Shown here: piece by piece, positions 21,264 to 35,559 of the stretch | Numbering within the stretch: the stretch's first letter is position 1 | Layout of the letters: the number at the start of each line of letters is the position of its first letter | Origin: Eledone cirrhosa | Taxonomy: Eukaryota | Length of the DNA: 64,000 bases | Assembly (NCBI GenBank): GCA_964016885.1 | Contig: OZ024746.1 | Location: 70,928,001 to 70,992,000, forward strand | Reading direction: 5' to 3' | Notes under the pieces: generated by a model | What the model was told of the DNA's origin: nothing | Databases searched by the model: none | What the model saw: the letters and a program-made list of their open reading frames with translations, nothing else | Program-made: the position numbers and the translations under genes

Positions 21264-21352
21264 GTATGTATATATATATATGTATGTATATATATATATG
21301 TATGTATATATATATATGTATGTATATATATATATGTATATATATATATATG

Positions 21353-21401
<49 letters not shown>

Positions 21402-21422
21402 GTATGTATGTATATATATATG

Positions 21423-21467
<45 letters not shown>

Positions 21468-21507
21468 ATATATATATATATGTATGTATGTATATATATG
21501 TATGTAT

Positions 21508-21543
<36 letters not shown>

Positions 21544-21556
21544 GTATGTATGTATG

Positions 21557-21607
<51 letters not shown>

Positions 21608-21782
21608 GTATATATATATATATGTATGTATGTATATATATATATATGTATGTATATATATATATATATATGTATGTATATATATATATGTATGTATGTA
21701 TGTATATATATATATATGTATGTATATATATATATATATATGTATGTATATATATATATGTATGTATATATATATATGTATG

Positions 21783-21813
<31 letters not shown>

Positions 21814-21838
21814 GTATGTATATATATATATATGTATG

Positions 21839-21869
<31 letters not shown>

Positions 21870-21890
21870 GTATATATATGTATATGTATG

Positions 21891-21941
<51 letters not shown>

Positions 21942-22102
21942 GTATGTATATATATATATATGTATGTATATATATATATATGTATGTATATATATATATA
22001 TATGTATGTATATATATATATGTATGTATATATATATATATGTATGTATATATATATATGTATGTATATATATATATATATATGTATATATATGTATGTA
22101 TG

Positions 22103-22187
<85 letters not shown>

Positions 22188-22210
22188 GTATGTATATATA
22201 TATATGTATG

Positions 22211-22245
<35 letters not shown>

Positions 22246-22267
22246 GTATGTATATATATATATATAT

Positions 22268-22612
22268 GGAGGCACATGGCTTAGTGGTTAGAGCATTGGC
22301 CTTGCAATCGAAAGGTTGTGAGTTCAATCCTCAGACCGGGTGATGTGTTGTTTCCTTGAGCAAGACACTTTATTTCACATTGCTCCAGTTTACTCAGCTG
22401 TAGAAATGAGATGATAGGGACTGGGGTCCCTATCATTCCACTGCAAAGTGGTCGTGGAGGTGCCACGGCAAAAAAAGCACCCAGGACTCACTGTAAATGA
22501 GGTTGGTGTTAGGAAGGGCATCCAGCTGTAGAAATCAAGCCAAAATCAGTTCCCGTCCCACCCTTGCAAGCAGGGAAAAAGCAGACGTAAAATGATGATG
22601 ATGATGATGATG
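22268..22612 (+). mobile_element. Young SINE family A
   Basis: Full head-to-tail match to 4456-4803. Confidence 0.92.
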
Positions 22613-22616
22613 TATG

Positions 22617-22647
<31 letters not shown>

Positions 22648-22726
22648 ATATATATATATGTATGTATATATATATATATATATGTATATATATGTATATG
22701 TATGTATGTATATATATATATGTATG

Positions 22727-22759
<33 letters not shown>

Positions 22760-22900
22760 GTATATGTATGTATATATATATATGTATATATATGTATGTA
22801 TATATATATGTATGTATATATATATATGTATATATATATATATGTATGTATATATATATATATATATGTATGTATATATATATGTATATATATATGTATG

Positions 22901-23117
<217 letters not shown>

Positions 23118-23136
23118 ATATATGTATATATATATG

Positions 23137-23419
<283 letters not shown>

Positions 23420-23480
23420 ATATATGTATATATATATGTATGTATATATATGTATATATATATGTATGTATATATATATG

Positions 23481-23511
<31 letters not shown>

Positions 23512-23640
23512 ATATATATGTATGTATATGTATGTATATATATATATGTATGTATATATATATATATGTATGTATGTATATATATATATATGTATGTATA
23601 TATATATATGTATGTATATATATATATGTATATATATATG

Positions 23641-23687
<47 letters not shown>

Positions 23688-23704
23688 GTATGTATATATA
23701 TATG

Positions 23705-23799
<95 letters not shown>

Positions 23800-23800
23800 G

Positions 23801-23833
<33 letters not shown>

Positions 23834-23846
23834 GTATGTATGTATG

Positions 23847-23893
<47 letters not shown>

Positions 23894-24014
23894 GTATATA
23901 TATATGTATGTATGTATGTATATATATATATATGTATGTATATATATATATATGTATGTATATATATATATATGTATGTATATATATATATGTATGTATA
24001 TATATATATGTATG

Positions 24015-24045
<31 letters not shown>

Positions 24046-24068
24046 GTATGTATATATATATATGTATG

Positions 24069-24099
<31 letters not shown>

Positions 24100-24104
24100 G
24101 TATG

Positions 24105-24135
<31 letters not shown>

Positions 24136-24330
24136 GTATATATATGTATATGTATGTATATATATATATATATGTATGTATATATATATGTATGTATATA
24201 TATATATATATGTATGTATATATATATATATATGTATGTATATATATATATATATGTATGTATATATATATATGTATGTATATATATATATGTATGTATA
24301 TATATATATACATATATATATGTATGTATG

Positions 24331-24446
<116 letters not shown>

Positions 24447-24452
24447 TGTATG

Positions 24453-24487
<35 letters not shown>

Positions 24488-24509
24488 GTATGTATATATA
24501 TATATATAT

Positions 24510-24859
24510 GGAGGCACATGGCTTAGTGGTTAGAGCATTGGCCTTGCAATCGAAAGGTTGTGAGTTCAATCCTCAGACCGGGTGATGTGTTGTTTCCTTG
24601 AGCAAGACACTTTATTTCACATTGCTCCAGTTTACTCAGCTGTAGAAATGAGATGATAGGGACTGGGGTCCCTATCATTCCACTGCAAAGTGGTTGTGGA
24701 GGTGCCACGGCAAAAAAAGCACCCAGGAATCACTGTAAATGAGGTTGGTGTTAGGAAGGGCATCCAGCTGTAGAAATCAAGCCAAAATCAGTTCCCGTCC
24801 CACCCTTGCAAGCAGGGAAAAAGCAGACGTAAAATGAAATGATGATGATGATGATGATG
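24510..24859 (+). mobile_element. Young SINE family A (sister of the 22268 copy)
   Basis: Shares private variants (ttcaatcctc, ccaaaatc, gcagacgtaa) with the 22268 copy. Confidence 0.92.
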
Positions 24860-25029
24860 TATGTATATATATATATATATGTATGTATATATATATATAT
24901 ATATGTATGTATATATATATATATATATATGTATGTATATATATATATATATGTATGTATATATATATATGTATATATATGTATGTATATATATATATGT
25001 ATATATATGTATGTATATATATATGTATG

Positions 25030-25060
<31 letters not shown>

Positions 25061-25065
25061 GTATG

Positions 25066-25098
<33 letters not shown>

Positions 25099-25127
25099 AT
25101 ATATATGTATGTATATATATATGTATG

Positions 25128-25188
<61 letters not shown>

Positions 25189-25207
25189 ATATATATATAT
25201 ATGTATG

Positions 25208-25258
<51 letters not shown>

Positions 25259-25303
25259 GTATGTATATATATATATATGTATGTATATATATATATATGT
25301 ATG

Positions 25304-25345
<42 letters not shown>

Positions 25346-25405
25346 TATGTATGTATATATATATGTATGTATATATATATATATGTATGTATATATATAT
25401 ATATG

Positions 25406-25466
<61 letters not shown>

Positions 25467-25557
25467 GTATGTATATATATATATATATATATGTATGTAT
25501 ATATATATATATGTATGTATATATATATATATGTATGTATATATATATATATGTATG

Positions 25558-25588
<31 letters not shown>

Positions 25589-25661
25589 GTATGTATATAT
25601 ATATATATGTATGTATATATATATATATGTATGTATATATATATATATGTATATATATATG

Positions 25662-25747
<86 letters not shown>

Positions 25748-25755
25748 TATGTATG

Positions 25756-25812
<57 letters not shown>

Positions 25813-25833
25813 ATATATATATATGTATGTATG

Positions 25834-25932
<99 letters not shown>

Positions 25933-25955
25933 ATATATATATATATGTATGTATG

Positions 25956-26002
<47 letters not shown>

Positions 26003-26011
26003 GCATGTACG

Positions 26012-26050
<39 letters not shown>

Positions 26051-26059
26051 GCATGTACG

Positions 26060-26095
<36 letters not shown>

Positions 26096-26105
26096 TGCAT
26101 GTACG

Positions 26106-26136
<31 letters not shown>

Positions 26137-26267
26137 GTATATATATATATGTATGTATGTATATATATATATGTATGTATGTATATATATGCATGTATGT
26201 ATGTATATATATATATATATATGTATGTATATATATATATATATATGTATGTATATATATATATATG

Positions 26268-26305
<38 letters not shown>

Positions 26306-26659
26306 TGTATGTATATATATGTATGCAAATATGTGTATACATATACAAATATACATGTACATATATGTATATAGATATGAGAGGTATATATATAGTGTAT
26401 ATATATTTGTTAAATTATCCTGAGTTGGTTTTCTCGTTGCTTTGGTCGTTGTGGCTGGCTCACCAGTTGCAGTCTTCAATTGTCAAGCTGTCTAAAACTA
26501 ATGTTATTACTCTAAGGTAAAACTACCTCATTGAGTGCTTAGTTGCACATTCCGGATTGCATTCGTTAGCATGGTTGCAGCCAGAGCTTCGATTCTACTG
26601 AACTTCCATTTGTGTGTGTATATATATATATATACTCACACACTTACACCTCTCCAAGA

Positions 26660-27222
26660 CAATGTCACTGGACCGAGATCTTTGGCGGTACTCAGTAATA
26701 GAGAATACCCGCCTTGACTAAATACAAAGTAAACCTACTACAGTCAGTAGGCATCTCTAACAAAATACGCCCCGGTCACACCACCCCCACCCCATCCACA
26801 CCGCCCCTTTCAATGTAAAGTTACGTTAGTGCCACAACATCCAGGCCGAAACAAATGAGATCGTGTAGGTGTCACGACAAAAAAAAAACACACAGTCCAC
26901 GCTGTAATGTGGCCGTGTAGGCAACACGGTAAAAACCTCCCAGCCCCACACTGTAAATGTGGTTGGTGTTAGGAAGGGCATCCAGCTGTAGAAAACCTGC
27001 CAGACAGTCCACGCTGTAATGTGGCCGTGTAGGCAACACGGTAAAAACCTCCCAGCCCCACACTGTAAATGTGGTTGGTGTTAGGAAGGGCATCCAGCTG
27101 TAGAAAACCCGCCAGACAGTCCTATGCGAGCAAGACAACCACTCTTGCCTCAAGTGGGAAAACTCCCGTCCAAACCCATGCAAGCGTGGAACATGGACGT
27201 TAAACGATGATGATGATGATGA
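26660..27222 (+). mobile_element. Family B element with internal 112-bp tandem duplication
   Basis: Homologous to 8620-9075; ACAGTCC recurs at 26892, 27004 and 27116. Confidence 0.85.
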
Positions 27223-27404
27223 TATATATGATCATTTATATTAAGGCTAAAAAATGAGTCTCGTTACCCCGGAGTTTTGTCCATATTTATCACATATGGA
27301 TATAATATACACAATGTACTTCGAGTGTCTCAGCTTTAGAGAGCCACTCTTGGCACACTTAAGCTTATCAGCACCTATTTCTACTTAACAAGTACTCCAA
27401 CTAT

Positions 27405-28260
27405 GGTGGTAGGTAGTAGTGACGGTGGTGGTGGTGGTGGTGGTGGTGGTGTTGGTGATGATGGTGGCAGTGGTGGTGTTGGTGATGATGGTAGATGTGG
27501 TGCTGGTGATGATAGTGGTGTTGATGGTGGAGGTGGTGATGATATCGAATACAAGTAATGGTGGTGTTGAAAATGGTTTGTTGCATTCCATCTTCTTTAT
27601 CAACTTCAAGATAAGTTCTGTAAGTTGGGGTGCTATTGGCCCAGATATATGTGATACTTCTTCCTAATCTACCCCTGCTTCCTTTTTCCTCATTTCTGTT
27701 GACACCACCACCACCACCACCACCACCACCACCACCATCACCACCACCACCATCACCACCACCACCATCACCACCACTATCAAAACCCACCAACCCCACT
27801 ACCACCACCCACAATCACCACCATAACATCCACCACCACTGTCACTGCCAACGATGATGACCATCACCACCACCACCACCATCAGCACCACCACAACCAA
27901 CCAGCACCACCACTATCATGACTACCACCACCACCACCACCATCATGACCATCAACACCACCACCAGCACCACCACCACCATCATGACCACCATCACCAC
28001 CACCACCACCACCACCACCATCATGACCATCACCACCACCATCACCAGCACCACCACCACCAGCACCACCACCACCATCATGACCACCACCACCACCACC
28101 ACCACCACCACCACCACCACCACCACCATCATGACCACCACCACCATCACGACCACCACCATCACCAGCACCACCACCATCACCACCACCACCACCACCA
28201 CCACCATCATGACCACCACCACCACCACCATCATGACCACCACCACCATCATGACCAACA
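27405..28260. repeat. (GGT)n and (CAC/CAT)n trinucleotide repeats
   Basis: Directly visible low-complexity tracts. Confidence 0.9.
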
Positions 28261-28468
28261 CAAGTTACACTCTCTAGTTAGATACTAAACATTTTTTTTT
28301 ATTGTTATGTCACACAAGTATACAATAAATATTTTGTTTATTCTCCTACATCCTGTTCTGTTCCCAGCATTGTTCTATATCACCCTACATCTCTCTTGAA
28401 GTGCTTGGAGAATCTTTATTCTCCTATTAACTGACCTCATGAAATTGACCATGGTACTGCTTGTTGGT

Positions 28469-28499
<31 letters not shown>

Positions 28500-28583
28500 A
28501 AAAGTTCTATTTAAAATTGTTGGGATACAACAAGTAAATATTTTTATAACTGATATAAAGCACTCGACAAGTATTTGGAGTAG

Positions 28584-28951
28584 ATATACGATATTAATAA
28601 ATGGAAACTATATTTATAAAACCATATTTATTTCATTATACATATTTCAGGGATACCAAATTAAATTATGGTATGCCTTCATCAGACAAAATACAATATA
28701 TAACAGTTTTAAAAATAAGCCTTGACGTACCCTATTAAAATGCAACCATTGTTTTTGGAAGTCATCCGGATGACTTCCAAAAACAATGGTTGCATTTTAA
28801 TAGGGTACGTCAAGGCTTATTTGTAAAACTGTTATATATTGTATTTTGTCTGATGAAGGCATACCATAATTTAATTTGGTATCCCTGAAATATGTATAAT
28901 GAAATAAATATGGTTTTATAAATATAGTTTCCATTTATTAATATCGTATAT
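28584..28951. repeat. 368-bp spacer-less palindrome (184-bp arms), Penelope-like element end
   Basis: Centre gtcatcc|ggatgac at 28767/28768; one mismatch seen; bounded by (TA)n, with an extra unique segment at 28498-28583. Confidence 0.92.
28842..28906 (+). ncRNA. Type I hammerhead ribozyme motif (mirror copy on - strand ~28629-28693)
   Basis: Stem I TATTTTGT/ATGAAATA; CTGATGA (28850-28856); stem II AGGCATACCA/TGGTATCCCT; GAAA (28887-28890); helix III ATA-TG-TAT; predicted cleavage after ATA at 28898. Confidence 0.75.
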
Positions 28952-28962
28952 ATATATATATA

Positions 28963-29343
28963 TCATCATCATCATCGTCGTTTAACGTCCATATTCCACG
29001 CTCGCATGAGTTTGGACGGGAGTTTTCCCACTTGAGGCAAGAGTGGTTGTCTTGCTCGCATAGGACTGTCTGGCGGGTTTTCTACGGCTGGATGCCTTTC
29101 CTAACACCAACCACATTTACAGTGTGGAACTGGGAGGTTTTTACCGTGTTACCTACACGGCCACATTACAGCGTGGACTGTGTGTTTTTTTTTTGTCGTG
29201 ACACCTACACGACCTCGTTTGTTTCGGGCTGGATGTTGTGGTACCAACATAACTTTACATTGAAAGGGGTGGTGTGGATGGGGTGGGGGTAGTGGGACGG
29301 GGGTGTATTTTGTTAGAGGTGCCTACTGACTGTAGTAGGTTTC
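28963..29343 (-). mobile_element. Family B element
   Basis: Homologous to 8620-9075. Confidence 0.85.
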
Positions 29344-29452
29344 ATATATATGTATGTGTATGTTTATATGTGTATATGTATATATATATGTGTATGTGTA
29401 TATATGTGTAAGAGTGTATGTATATATGTGCATGTGTATATGAATGTGTGCA

Positions 29453-29535
<83 letters not shown>

Positions 29536-29616
29536 AATTATGGGTGTCATGCCAGAAAGACATGCGCCATATCACCCGCAAAATAAGCTCTAAGATTCTA
29601 TTAATCAATTTCTAGT

Positions 29617-29664
<48 letters not shown>

Positions 29665-29668
<4 letters not shown>

Positions 29669-29795
29669 GTTTCTACTTTTGGCACAAGGCCAGCAATTAT
29701 CCCAGTGCATTACGGGTACTTTATTTTATCGAAAAGATGAAAGGCAAAGTTAACCTCGGCGGGATTTGAACGCAACGAAAAGAGCCATAACTCTA
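29665..29795 (-). mobile_element. SINE family C, 5'-truncated
   Basis: aattgtttctacttttggcacaaggccagc...aaggcaaagttaacctcggcgggatttgaac. Confidence 0.8.
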
Positions 29796-29951
29796 TGATA
29801 ATAAGGAGTTGACGGACCCAGCATATTTATCAATGCCAGGACCGGTTGTATCCCAGCGTACTCAATAGGCAATATAAGATACATTCCCAGAGTATACACA
29901 TAGTTATTCGCTTCAATACAACACACGTAAAACAGGTGCCTATAATAGTTT

Positions 29952-30061
29952 CCGGACTCGAGTTTCGGCCACACTTAATGCAGCAGTAAGGTGCACTGCA
30001 CCATCCGTCTGCATATATTATGCAACAATGCATAATCGGCTTATGCGGCTTCATCAGCGGG
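29952..30061 (-). ncRNA. Type I hammerhead ribozyme motif with enlarged stem/loop II
   Basis: On the - strand: CCG-CTGATGA-AGCCGCAT...GTGTGGCC-GAA-ACTCGAGT (palindrome)-C/CGG; GUC cleavage triplet; stem I only ~3 bp. Confidence 0.7.
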
Positions 30062-30747
30062 TATCGCCTAATCAATAACCAATCGATCGACAGAATCCAA
30101 TCCCCAGCCCATGCCGGTCATGACTGTTTGTGACAACCAACATGGTAAAACGATTAGCAACTGGAATCCGATACAACTCTGTCCCTCGACTAGCCACTGA
30201 TTTACATATAAATAAAAAAAAGTGAGCAAAGACAATGGAGAAACGAATGAAACAGGACAGTCCCTTCCTATCAGTTGACTACTGGCGGTCCTAATGGTTT
30301 CAGTGCTTTAAGGTTGATAACACTAGTTCCAGTGCACATGGCACATCAACAAATGGACACAAGATTGGATGGTTGATCTTTCGACTAGTTATAAATAAAG
30401 CTTGCTGCAAACTAATGTGCTGTAACTGGAAAGAAGAGATAGAAACAAAATCTAACATATAAACCAAGAAAAGAGAGTATATACAGAAGGTGAAATGAGA
30501 AAGAGAAGGTGGAAGAAACGTAAGTCCTATATGGACAAACACAACACAAAAGGGGCAGAGAGAGAGGAGAAAACAGAGAATGCAGGCAGTGTCAAGTTTA
30601 AATACATATCAATTTGAAAAAGTATCTCGGTTGGCTAAGTTCATATAAAATTAATAAAAAAAGGTGACCGAAGACAACAGAAAAACAGATGAAACACAGG
30701 ACAGTTCCTTCTCATCAGTCAACTGCTGGAGGTTCTCATGGTTTAGA

Positions 30748-31400
30748 TAGGCTGACTAAAAAGAATTGGGCCCCATTTATATTTTTGTCTACATTATACA
30801 TTGTTTGAAAAAAATCAAATCATTAAAAACAACATATCGAAAATTGACTATCTTCTGATGTTTCTATCCAGAGTGCCAAGTGATCCCCATTTGAATCCAC
30901 GTATTTTTTTAGGTGAAAGTGGGCTTCTTCAGAGGTCGACAGCAGTTTCAGAAAATTTGAGTTGTTTTTCTTCTTCTCCAACATTTTCTCAGCCATAGCC
31001 TTTCTTTTTTTCTTATCAGCTTCATTAAGCTTTTGTTTAGTTTGTATTCTGTAGTAGTACTACTTAAGATCCTATTTGACAACCTTTCTGAGAGACCCAG
31101 TGATAATTTTGGGCCTTGTTCAATACTCTCACACCATGTCAATACTGACATGTTTATGCTTCATGGGTCACCAGAGTGGGTAGGACGGTCCTCAGAAATT
31201 ATTTTGAGATTATTCACTGTCCCAAAAGTTTCCAACTTCTTCACCCAGTTTTGTAGGTTGGCTTTGAAGGTTAATTTGTCTGTTAAAAAAAATGCATGAA
31301 ATTGCTCCTGGACCTGCTTGTATGAGTCACATATGTAGTAGTGTTTCACACAGAAAATCTTGTGCTGGAGCTCTGATTAGTCTTGTTGTCTTCTGAGATG
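30748..31400 (-). mobile_element. Decayed Tc1/mariner transposase remnant
   Basis: Fragmented N-terminal HTH-like translation (YYICDSYKQVQEQF...NWVKKLETFGTVNN...RP) typical of Tc1-family transposases; multiple stops/frameshifts. Confidence 0.5.
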
Positions 31401-31515
31401 TCCTGAAATTTAAGGTTGATTGGTTTGAAAATGAATATACAGACACAATTATCTGTGAAACATACGTAACAGGTCAATAATCAATAAAACATGTAGATGA
31501 AACGTCATTGCTTTT

Positions 31516-31546
<31 letters not shown>

Positions 31547-31589
31547 ATGTGTGTGTCTTAGTTAGATGTGTCTTTGCATATATAAACTT

Positions 31590-31678
31590 GCATATCTGAC
31601 GAGATGTCAAGGAAAAGTCAAGCCACATTATTTTGATTGTACCCTGAGCTGATCGATATCGAAACAATTGTAATATGC
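31590..31678 (+). ncRNA. Type I hammerhead ribozyme motif
   Basis: Stem I GCATAT/ATATGC (perfect); CTGACGA (31596-31602); stem II GATGTC/GATATC with a ~46-nt loop; GAAA (31661-31664); palindromic helix III ACAATTGT; predicted cleavage after GTA at 31672. Confidence 0.82.
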
Positions 31679-32282
31679 CGATAAAGTTTGTACAAATGCT
31701 GCAACACTGACTTCAGTTCTACTTACTCTGTCTCTATATATAAAGAAAGGAAATTGAAAATGCACTTTAGAGCTTTGAGGAAGATTTATTTACAGTAACT
31801 CACTTGTATCTATATATGTGTGTGAGCGAGCCATGGTCTCTTGAGCAATCTCGCCCCAAGTGGAACAAAACCGTCCAACCCATGCTAGTGTGGAAGATAG
31901 ATGTTAAATGATGATGATGATGATATGTTAGCAAGGGTTGGATGATTCTTCATAGACCAGGTTAGTACTAAAGTGGGGCTACTGACCTCCCAAACTGGCC
32001 AGGGGCCTGCACCTCGCTTATTACTTTTACCCATTCTACTGAGTGCACCAGCACAAGAGAGGTTGTCATGTCTTTGAAAAAATTGAAAGGTCTTCCCAAC
32101 CCTTTGTTTGGCAAACATTTTACTGCTTGATGCCCTTCTTATCACCAACCATTTTACAGCATTGTTGCTCTGTGTGTAGATGTATATATACACAGACACA
32201 CACATGATATATATATATATTTTTTTCTAACCCATGCTCGCATGGAAAAATGGATGTTAAAAAGTGATGATGATGATATATA

Positions 32283-32336
<54 letters not shown>

Positions 32337-32819
32337 TATAATATATTAATAATGTGTGTGTATGTATGCACACACACATATATGTATACACTATATATAT
32401 GCATAAATGATTCTGACGACAACTATTCTTGTTTTATGAACAGTTTGTTCTTGAAATTAATGTACAACTTTCATGTTTTCCCTCTCTCAGACTGCAATTG
32501 AGCATTGTGAAATAAAGTGTCTTACTCAAGTTATATAATAAATCTCATTATCATCATCATCATTTTATGCCTGCTTTCCACATTAGTATGTGTTGGACAG
32601 GTAGTCATTGTCTCACCATATGGGTCAAAGTGACCTCATCTTGCTCAGACATTTCCATATTTGGCATGGTTTCAATGGTTGAATGCCCTGTCAAATGCCA
32701 ACCACCTTAAAGAGTGTATTGGATGCATTTTTTGTGGTACCACCACTACCATTTTACATAATGAACTGGTTGTATTTTATCTTTACACCATCACTAATTC
32801 TTTTCAAGGTGTATATCAA

Positions 32820-33240
32820 CTCCATCATCATTTTTTGTCTTCTTTTCTGTGCTTACATGGGTTGGACACGTCCTCTTCAGCACAGCCTCTATCAACTTGC
32901 AGTCCTTCATCATCTCCTCATTTTGAGATCAGCTCTAACCACCACTGTCCAGGTTTTCCTTGACCTTCCTCTACTGCAGCTTCTGTCCAATGGCATCATT
33001 TGGAACTTCTTCACCTAGCATTTCTCATCCATATGCATCAAATGTTCAAAACCAGCACAGTCTTCTCTCTTGCATACTACATCTGATTCCTCTTATACAC
33101 AGCTTTTCTCTTAGTTCATCCATGCCTCATTCTTCATGCACATCAATATTACACATCCATTGGAGTATACTTACTTCATTTCTCTCCATTCTCTATATAT
33201 CCTCTGTATTTACCATTCATGTCTCACTGCGATGTACCAC
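32820..33240 (-). mobile_element. Decayed RTE LINE 3' fragment
   Basis: Reverse complement resembles 20210-20630 (GSETW, ERRLRW and GRPRKT regions). Confidence 0.6.
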
Positions 33241-33246
33241 AGGGAT

Positions 33247-34267
33247 CTGTTTGTGGCATATATTAATGACATAGATGTCAACTTAAAGAATGCCACAGTA
33301 CTGAAATATGCAGATGACATCAAGCTGTACCTTGAGATAAAAAGGACAGATCCTGAACACTATAGATCTTTCCTGCAATCAGACCTGGACACAATGTAGC
33401 AATGGATCATGAACTGGCAACTCAAGTTGGCTGTGGACAAGTGTACCACCATGCATTTTGGAAGGAAAAACCCAGTATCCACATACTCCCTCCACAACAC
33501 TAATATCAAAAAGTCTTCTTGTGAACGTGACCTAGGCATTACTGTCAGCAGCGATTTGCATTGGACGAAGCACATCTCTAAATTTGTCAAGAAGGCTGTG
33601 GGTGTCTTAGCATCACTCAACAAGACCTTTGTCAGCCGCTCTCCAGCTATCTATTTAAAGCTGTATATAGCTATGGTGTTTAGAATTTGCATCACCAGTC
33701 TGGAACCCCTATCTTGCTCAGAACATTGACCTCCTGGAAACTGTTCAAAGATGTGCAACCAAGCGAATACCCTCAACCAGGCATCTACCATAGTCTGAAC
33801 GCCTTGCTTCCCTGGGCATGGATACATTGAATCTCCGATGTCTGGAAACTGACTTGGTAAACACCCACAAAATTATCAACCATCTTGCCAACAACAACCC
33901 TGAGCACCTTTTTGAATTCCATGTGTCTAACACACATGGGCATGCCTACAAAGTCAGAAATCAGCACAGCTCCCATGACTTTCAGAAACATTTTTCCACA
34001 CTCAGAGTTGTTGAAGCATGGAACAAAATACTTGCATCAATTGTTAGCTGTCGAGACACTGCATCCTTTAAAACCTCCATGCTTCCTGAAATTCGCCAAC
34101 ACTACACCTGATACCCCCCTCCATACACATGCACACATGTATTTCATGACTCATACACTGTTCATTTTCCTGACATTTGAACATTATTTTGTGTACTATA
34201 CATGCACCTTTGATGAGTTGTAGTGCACCTGAGCACTGTACACAATAATTTTATTATTATTATTATT
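33247..34267 (+). mobile_element. CR1-type LINE 3' portion with (ATT)n tail
   Basis: LFVAYIND...LKYADDIKLY, LQSDLD, KCTTMHFG, ERDLGITV and RVVEAWN motifs; in-frame stops; tail ttattattatt. Confidence 0.85.
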
Positions 34268-34785
34268 GCATTTCTCATGCAGCCATTGAGCACTTCTCTC
34301 AAAGGGCTACCTAGATAATCTACAAATATATTCCTTCACTTGATCAGTTACATTTCCCAATATAAAAACCAACACCAAAATAAAATTCAAAACTAGACTA
34401 CAAAAGACACATCATATACCCAACAACACAACACCAAATTACAAAACACACAACACCTACAGAAAACCAATTTCCACCACAAACAACACAACACCCACCT
34501 CAAACAAGTTCTTCCATTTACTAATATAAAAATCAAAAAATCAAATTACAAATTAAATGAACCACATACATTCTGGGGACAAATGGCACAAACATATTTA
34601 TCTGCCCCCCCCCCCCATCTATCCGTCCATATATGTGTACATGTGTGTGTCTGTGCATGTTGTTTTCTTCAGATTTGTAATTATTTATTTATATTTTTTG
34701 GCGCAAGGTGAAATAATCAATACATGACCTACATTTCTATCACTTGTACAATTGTGTGCTTGTGCGTATGTATGTATACATATGT

Positions 34786-34825
<40 letters not shown>

Positions 34826-35559
34826 TTATTTATCTACGTTCATACACAGAAAAAAAGTTCTACATAAGGTTTCACGGTCCAATTATGGCCATCTCCTCAA
34901 ATTGGGCACAATGGTGCTGAATGGAATTGAGGATCAATCAAATTCGTGACCTAGTTATCAGGCACTTGGATGTGTTTATATAAATATATATATATATATA
35001 AATAAATATGTATGTATGTTTTTTATATGTATACGTTTATATAAATATATATATATATATAAATAAATATGTATGTATGTTTTTTATATGTATACGTGTA
35101 TATATATATATATATATATAATTAGGGTGTTATCTCTAACATAGCTGTGTATTCGAAGAATCTGAATTTGTATATCTGGCGATATATGGTATGTTTATAA
35201 ATAAACATTTTGAAAGCCTTTAGCTATGAATTTGCAAACTGACGGTGCAGCACCATCTAGTGTGTTCCAGCTGAAGTTAAGGACAGGTAACTAGTGATAA
35301 TCACGTCATTATTTCTGACTCTGGTCGTTATCAAGCTAGTTTCTTTACCCAAGATTCGTGACCATAGGTAAGGATTGGCACGATTTGAAGATAGCGAGTT
35401 TGGCTTTTACACCTACCTCCCTTCTTCTGATTGCCGAATGCTGATGCTGGCTCATTACTGCACCATCACTTTATTCAGCTTCCTGCCTTCCATTACTTGT
35501 GAACATGGCCTTAGGATACATGAACTTCTCCACCTGCTTCAGTGGAACTCCATTCACAG

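Noticed and set aside
26400-26610. Possible upstream exon of the mucin-like ORF ([17 protein letters not shown])
   Set aside because: Short, bounded by stops, runs into microsatellite, and has no convincing splice sites.
27842-28288. His-rich/Thr-rich ORFs (also 48958-50322 and 51222-51685)
   Set aside because: Simple CAC/CAT trinucleotide expansions with no splice or domain support.
30225-30745. CTGATGA in a diverged direct repeat (30225-30300 / 30665-30745, - strand)
   Set aside because: No GAAA box or helix III follows, so it is not a hammerhead.
32410-32465. CTGACGA...GAAA hammerhead candidate
   Set aside because: Stem II does not close on the core and stem I does not pair.
34855-34905. 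TTGAGGA...GAAAC...GTA on - strand
   Set aside because: Stem I strands are not complementary; at most a decayed relic.
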